Positions 58,919 to 64,000 of a DNA stretch of 64,000 nucleotides are shown in pieces. The notes beneath the pieces are model-generated. The model had not been told where the DNA came from, searched no databases, and worked only from the letters and a program-made list of their open reading frames with translations. A program made the translations under genes and the position numbers. Position 1 is the first letter of the stretch. Every line of letters begins with the position of its first letter. The DNA is from an uncultured Thermotogae bacterium (GTDB taxonomy: Bacteria; Thermotogota; Thermotogae; MWEM01): NCBI GenBank assembly GCA_963667315.1, contig OY763325.1:1755271-1819270 (forward strand), read 5' to 3'.

Positions 58919-59854
58919 ATGGATAAAAAGTATAGGCTGGTTACAAGAAGTGATTTTGACGGCCTCGTATGTGCAGTTCTACTTAAAGATTTAAATCTGA
59001 TCGATGATATTTTATTCGTCCATCCCAAAGATATGCAGGATGGCAAGATTGCGATAACCGAAAACGATATTACCACCAATCTCCCCTATGTTCACGGAGT
59101 GCATCTCGCATTCGATCATCATCTCAGTGAAAGCCTGAGAGTGGGCAAGCATGATAATCATATCATCCATCCGGATGCGCCGTCGGCGGCAAGGGTCGTT
59201 TACAGCTATTACAAAGAGCGTCTCGGTGAAGGAACCTTCCGGGAGATCTCAGATGAGATGATGGAAGCGGTAGACAAGGGAGACTCTGCCCAATTCACTC
59301 AGGAAGAGGTCTTGAATCCCAAGGGATGGGTACTCCTGAATTTCCTGATGGATGCACGAACGGGACTCGGACGATTCAGACAATTCAGGATCTCCAATTA
59401 CAATCTCATGATGGATCTCATTCGATACTGTAAAGATCACTCGATAGAAGAGATCCTTGAGTTACATGATGTCAAGGAAAGAGTTGAGCTTTACTTTGAA
59501 CAGGAACCCCTTCTCAGGGAACAGATCAAGAAAAATGCAACCGTATACGATAACCTCGTAGTGGTCAATTTCAAGGAAGACGAAGTCATCCATGCGGGAA
59601 ACAGATTCCTGAAATATGCCCTGTTTCCACAATGCAATATCTCCATCAGAATCATGTGGGGATTTAAGAAACAGAACACCGTATTCGCCGTGGGAAAATC
59701 TATCTTCAACAGAACGTCCAGGACGAACGTCGGTGAACTCATGCTGAAATACGGCGGCGGCGGCCATACGGCAGCCGGAACCTGCCAGATCGAACACGAT
59801 AAAGCCGATCAGGTTTTGAAAGAACTCATTGAAAAGATCAACGCAGACGGTTAA
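58919..59854 (+). CDS. DHH-family phosphoesterase (exopolyphosphatase-like)
   Basis: RSDFDG, FDHH, PSAARV, GGGH..AG.CQ. Confidence 0.85.
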   Translation: MDKKYRLVTRSDFDGLVCAVLLKDLNLIDDILFVHPKDMQDGKIAITENDITTNLPYVHGVHLAFDHHLSESLRVGKHDNHIIHPDAPSAARVVYSYYKERLGEGTFREISDEMMEAVDKGDSAQFTQEEVLNPKGWVLLNFLMDARTGLGRFRQFRISNYNLMMDLIRYCKDHSIEEILELHDVKERVELYFEQEPLLREQIKKNATVYDNLVVVNFKEDEVIHAGNRFLKYALFPQCNISIRIMWGFKKQNTVFAVGKSIFNRTSRTNVGELMLKYGGGGHTAAGTCQIEHDKADQVLKELIEKINADG

Positions 59855-59914
59855 ATACATTCCCATGTTGGGGGCTTCAGGTTCCATACGAGCCCCCCTT
59901 ATGGGATTAAGATA

Positions 59915-59952
59915 AAAAAAACAGCGTTCCTCATAAGGAGCGCTGTTTTTTT
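59915..59952. terminator. Bidirectional intrinsic terminator
   Basis: AAAAAAACAGCGTTCCT-CATA-AGGAGCGCTGTTTTTTT. Confidence 0.88.
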
Positions 59953-60008
59953 GTAAATTTATGCTATATAAGTTGAATTAAAGAATAGGGTGAAAAAACA
60001 AGCTTTTC

Positions 60009-60036
60009 GTAGGAGTAATTCATGAATTACCCTTAC
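60009..60036. repeat. GTAG-type REP-like palindrome
   Basis: GTAGGAGTAATTCATGAATTACCCTTAC; halves match 12/14; 13/16 identical to the reverse complement of 50530-50545. Confidence 0.65.
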
Positions 60037-60095
60037 AAGGGGCATCAAAAACTTTGTTGTTTTCTTTGGTTCATTTTATATATTCAGACAAAGAA

Positions 60096-61121
60096 TCATT
60101 CCGCAAAAAAAGTCTGTATCCCTTCGATAAGGGCATCAATCTGCTCTTTCCCAACCCAGTAATGCGTTACAAATCGCCAGATACCGCCTTCAGGCGGGTT
60201 GATCAGGATATCTTTCTGCATGAGGCTGTCAACGAGTTCGAACGCTTCAAAATCGCCATCTATCGTACAGAAGACCATATTGATATCCCTGAATTCATCG
60301 ATAACGTTTATCGTATCAAACGATTCAAGCCGTTCGGCAAGATACGCAGCATTTTCATGGTCTTCAGCGAGACGCTTCGTCATCTTTTCGATGGCGATGA
60401 TACCGGGTGCTGCGATAATGCCCGCCTGACGCATAGCGCCACCCATGATCTTTCTGTTCTTTCTCGCCTTGTCGATAAAGGCCCTTGAGCCGACGAGCAT
60501 AGACCCGACGGGTGCACATAATCCCTTTGACAGACAGAACATGATGGAGTCTGCGTGCTGCGCGATCTCTTTCACATCACATGCCAGGGCTGCTGCTGCA
60601 TTGAAAATTCTCGCACCGTCCATATGAACCGGAATATGATGTCTTTCAGCCATTTCCTTTATCCCCTTCAACGTCTCCAAATCGATAACCTTTCCATTTG
60701 ATCTTGCATTCTCCACGCAGATGAGACCCGTTCGGGGATAATGAAGATCTTCAAGCCGGATGAGTTTTTCAAGCTCCGATGCTTTTGGATACGCTCCTGA
60801 ATCTTCAAAGAAGTATAGCTGAACCCCGGCGATGACGGATGCGGCTCCCGCTTCATGCTCCACGATATGACAATGTCTGCCGAGTATGATCTCATCCCCT
60901 CTGAGCGTATGTGTCAGGATACTGAGCTGATTCCCGAACGTACCGGAAGGGACGAAGAGTGCCGCCTCTTTGCCCAGCATCTCTGCGGCTATTGCCTCAA
61001 GTTGATTGACGGTGGGATCATCACCATAGACATCATCCCCAAATTGTGCATTCATTGCCGCCTGAAGCATTTCCTCCGTCGGATGTGTCACGGTGTCACT
61101 TCTGAAATCTATCTGTTTCAT
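60096..61121 (-). CDS. ltaE: Low-specificity L-threonine aldolase
   Basis: DFRSDTVT.P, GDDVYGDDP, SGT.GN, HMDGARIFNA, CLSKGL.APVGS, GGAMRQAG. Confidence 0.93.
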   Translation of the reverse strand: MKQIDFRSDTVTHPTEEMLQAAMNAQFGDDVYGDDPTVNQLEAIAAEMLGKEAALFVPSGTFGNQLSILTHTLRGDEIILGRHCHIVEHEAGAASVIAGVQLYFFEDSGAYPKASELEKLIRLEDLHYPRTGLICVENARSNGKVIDLETLKGIKEMAERHHIPVHMDGARIFNAAAALACDVKEIAQHADSIMFCLSKGLCAPVGSMLVGSRAFIDKARKNRKIMGGAMRQAGIIAAPGIIAIEKMTKRLAEDHENAAYLAERLESFDTINVIDEFRDINMVFCTIDGDFEAFELVDSLMQKDILINPPEGGIWRFVTHYWVGKEQIDALIEGIQTFFAE

Positions 61122-61126
61122 AACAC

Positions 61127-62314
61127 TTACCCCCTGAATACCGGTTTTCTGAAATCATCCTCTATCTTGTCATAGATCCTGAGTTGTCTTTTCAGGACAT
61201 CCTCCTGATCGAAATTTTGTATCACGAACTCCCGACACTTTTCATTGGGGACCCCAATGGTGTTCAATGTCTTATCAAGTGCCTTGTATAACCGGTTGGT
61301 ATCCTTTACCGGAACCAGATACCCCGTCTCCCCTTCTTTTACTTCCTCTCTCAACCCTCTGATGAACGAACCGACAACCGGTACCCCCATGCTAAGAGCC
61401 TCCAGGGAGGAAACCGGCATCCCCTCTCTGTAGGAGGGAAGGGCAAACACATCGGTAATACTGAGAATTTCAGGTATGTCATTTCGTCTGCCTGCAAAGA
61501 TGACGCGGTCTTCTATATTCTTTGATTTGATCATATTTTCGAGTGATTTTCGAAGATCATCTTCCCGGTCGCTTTTCAGTGTTTCACCGACGAGGAGAAG
61601 TTTGACATCCTTTCTGGATTCGGCAAGGATTGAAAAGGCGTTGATCAATTCAAAAACACCCTTCTCTCTCACCAGTCTTCCCACATAGGTAATGACACTC
61701 TCATTTTCTGAAATTCCGAATTCATTTCGCAGAACATTTCTCAAATCATCGTTTATCCTGAGGGGGTTGAATTTCACCTTTGTATCGATCCCAACACCGT
61801 TCAGATTGATGATATGGTCCTCATCGATGAAATGATGGTTGAGGGCATATTGCTTATCCTCGTTGTTCACGGTAAAGATATAATCGGTATATTTTGCCGC
61901 TCTTTTTTCCATATGTGAGAAAATCATTTTCATAAAGGGATTCATATTCTCGTGAAAATAAAACCCGTGGCAGGTGTAGATGATTCTGGGGACTTTTGCC
62001 TTTGCAGCCGCCTTTCTCGCCAGCAAAGAGGCAACAGGGGTATGGGTTTGAACGACATCCGGCTTCATTCCCTTAAATAATTCGTACAGGGTGTTGTAGG
62101 AACTGACCATCTTCCACGGAGAAATACTTCTCGGGATCTCCACATTAAACACCTGACAATCGTATTTTTTGATGATATCATTTTCAGCGAGCCGACCATC
62201 CCTATCATGTGTAATGATCTCTATCTCATGCCCTTTCTTCGCCAATTTCTCAATAAGCGGGAGAAGAAAGGCTTCTACTGTATCTGAAATAGCTGTTACC
62301 TGTGCTATTTTCAC
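61127..62314 (-). CDS. GT4 glycosyltransferase
   Basis: HTP, YTCHGF.F, GVGID, VGRLVREKG, PSYREGMP...LEA; start moved to GTG 62314. Confidence 0.9.
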   Translation of the reverse strand: MKIAQVTAISDTVEAFLLPLIEKLAKKGHEIEIITHDRDGRLAENDIIKKYDCQVFNVEIPRSISPWKMVSSYNTLYELFKGMKPDVVQTHTPVASLLARKAAAKAKVPRIIYTCHGFYFHENMNPFMKMIFSHMEKRAAKYTDYIFTVNNEDKQYALNHHFIDEDHIINLNGVGIDTKVKFNPLRINDDLRNVLRNEFGISENESVITYVGRLVREKGVFELINAFSILAESRKDVKLLLVGETLKSDREDDLRKSLENMIKSKNIEDRVIFAGRRNDIPEILSITDVFALPSYREGMPVSSLEALSMGVPVVGSFIRGLREEVKEGETGYLVPVKDTNRLYKALDKTLNTIGVPNEKCREFVIQNFDQEDVLKRQLRIYDKIEDDFRKPVFRG

Positions 62315-62481
62315 CTTTATCACGCTCCAATAATCTTCATTCAATCTCATATCAACCAACAGAATCGCTTTTATCTCAATGCTTCTGTCATTTCCGATTA
62401 TAACATTAATAACAACAAAGTTCACTATTCAAGGTCATGTATGGTAAGATACTTTAAAATAGAGATTTTCTGGAGGTTTTT

Positions 62482-63537
62482 TTGAACACCTTTAAAGACA
62501 ACAGAGTGTGCCGGAAATTGAATATCACCTATCCGATTATCGAAGGCGGTATGGCATGGGCCGGGACAGCAGCCCTTGCCGCAGCGGTATCAAATGAAGG
62601 CGGTCTCGGGACGATCGGTGCGGGATCCATGAATGCCTATCAGCTCAGGATGGCCATCTACGACATCCGAAAACTGACCTCAAAGCCTTTTGCTGTCAAT
62701 CTGATCCTGATCTCGCCCTTCATCGATGAATTGATAGACGTTGTCATCGCCGAAGAAGTTCCCGTCTGTATTTTTGGAGCCGGAAGTCCCGCTGATTATA
62801 TCGACCGGTTAAAAAAGAACGGTATAACCGTGTGCGGTGTCTGTTCAAGTCCAAATCTCGCTATCCTGTTTGAGCGGGCCGGTGTTGAACTGATCATCGC
62901 CGAAGGACTGGAAGCCGGTGGGCATATCGGGGATGTCACGACCATGACCCTCATACCGGCAGTTGCGGAAAGTGTATCCGTACCGTTGATAGCCGCCGGT
63001 GGCATCAGTTCAGGCAGCGGCATGCTCGCGGCCTTCTCGCTCGGCGCAGAAGGGATACAGATGGGGACGCGTTTTCTCTGTTCCCATGAGGCGGAAATAA
63101 GTGACACCTATAAAGCATTACTCCTTAAAAAAGATGTCAGGGGGACTGAAGTCACTGGGGAAACACTCGGTCACCCGGTTAGAGTCATCAAGACCAAGTT
63201 CTCCCGAAAATTAAAAAAAACAGAAAAAAGCGATCCGAAACGTGCAGAGGAAATGATGCTCGGGTCCCTTCAAAACGCTGTCAGAGTTGGAGAAGCTGAC
63301 AACAGCGCTTTCATGAGCGGCATGAGCGCGGGAAATATCCATAGTATTCTGTCCGTCCACGAAATCTTCACAACGACACTTGAAGAATACGAACGGCAAT
63401 TAAAAACACTCTCCGGTAAAACCGGTCAGAAAACAACCTCATTGTTCCGTATCAATGAAAAGATAAAATGTACAATGAAAAATTTCAATAAAACAATCCG
63501 AATAAATGGAAAAAGGAGAAAAAATGGCAGATATTAA
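62482..63537 (+). CDS. fabK: FabK / nitronate monooxygenase family flavoprotein (enoyl-ACP reductase II-like)
   Basis: YPIIEGGMAW, LAAAVSNEGGLG, EG.EAGGHIG, IAAGGI, G.QMGTRF; atypical ~40-aa tail. Confidence 0.8.
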   Translation: MNTFKDNRVCRKLNITYPIIEGGMAWAGTAALAAAVSNEGGLGTIGAGSMNAYQLRMAIYDIRKLTSKPFAVNLILISPFIDELIDVVIAEEVPVCIFGAGSPADYIDRLKKNGITVCGVCSSPNLAILFERAGVELIIAEGLEAGGHIGDVTTMTLIPAVAESVSVPLIAAGGISSGSGMLAAFSLGAEGIQMGTRFLCSHEAEISDTYKALLLKKDVRGTEVTGETLGHPVRVIKTKFSRKLKKTEKSDPKRAEEMMLGSLQNAVRVGEADNSAFMSGMSAGNIHSILSVHEIFTTTLEEYERQLKTLSGKTGQKTTSLFRINEKIKCTMKNFNKTIRINGKRRKNGRY

Positions 63538-64000
63538 GACGCTTTACGAAAGAATATCCTCTGAATTGAAAGACAAAACGCTTAACGAAGGAAAATACCT
63601 GGGAAACGGTATTCTGAAAGTTGACAGCTTTATCAACCATCAGATCTATCCCGAACTCATGAATCATGCCGGAGAATTTACAGCCGCCTACTTTGCAGAA
63701 TACGGTATCACAAAGGTTATCACGATCGAAACCTCAGGAATCATCCCAGCCTACGCAGCTGCCTCCTGTCTGAACGTCCCACTGGTTTTCACCAGAAAGA
63801 AAAAACCTATTACGATGAAAAATGAATTCTCTGAATCGGCCCCCTCCCACACCAAAGGCGGTATCGTCACACTTCACCTGTCGCAGGAAATGATCTCTCC
63901 AAGTGATAATGTCCTCATCGTCGACGACTTCCTCGCAAGCGGCAGAACCATTCATGCGCTGACAAAGATGATTGAAAAATCCGGTGCCAGTCTTGCAGGT
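63524..64000 (+). CDS. xpt: Xanthine phosphoribosyltransferase (truncated by window end; absent from the ORF track)
   Basis: AGGAG SD, ATG 63524; translates to ..ILKVDSFINHQI..TIETSGI..RKKKPITM..SHTK..VLIVDDFLASG. Confidence 0.92.
   Translation, partial: MADIKTLYERISSELKDKTLNEGKYLGNGILKVDSFINHQIYPELMNHAGEFTAAYFAEYGITKVITIETSGIIPAYAAASCLNVPLVFTRKKKPITMKNEFSESAPSHTKGGIVTLHLSQEMISPSDNVLIVDDFLASGRTIHALTKMIEKSGASLAG

Noticed and set aside
63400-63523. Purine riboswitch before xpt (also checked 12880-13055 before the deaminase)
   Set aside because: No TATAAT..ATATGG..GTTTCTACC..CCGTAAA core in either region

Overview
A 64-kb chromosomal segment, most likely from a Thermotogota bacterium. The inference rests on a Thermotoga TM1875-type short GluRS with no Zn knuckle, a TrmB with a long C-terminal extension, and rpsB unlinked from tsf. 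About 58 genes are supported. Housekeeping genes: gltX, trmB, folK, metK, rpsB with its leader RNA, groES-groEL with a CIRCE operator, rsgA, a RluA-type synthase, PPi-type PFK, lpdA, a cyclophilin, fabK-like, and xpt (truncated at the window end). Also present: a purine-catabolism operon (8-oxoguanine deaminase, a GAF-only protein, XDH Mo subunit), a dipeptide ABC operon with a D-aminopeptidase and two paralogous RpiR/MurR regulators, a Trk K+ uptake operon, several secreted or lipoprotein unknowns, and envelope-modifying enzymes. I see no tRNA/rRNA, CRISPR array, transposase, integrase or prophage structural genes. The most interesting unexplained signals are mostly non-coding. (1) An orphan CI-like XRE/S24 repressor faces a perfect sigma70 promoter that can only make a ~58-nt anti-SD-bearing RNA; a second candidate of similar design lies near 54.3 kb. 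(2) A 134-nt rod-shaped structured RNA candidate at 41.03-41.16 kb. (3) A small family of GTAG-type REP-like palindromes, one remodelled into a branched leader that overlaps the lpdA SD. (4) Four stacked hairpins right after the groEL stop. (5) Readable TetR and RpiR operators. (6) A cluster of divergent small lipoproteins with stand-alone secreted PDZ proteins. All calls are by eye from sequence and motifs; no database searches were run.
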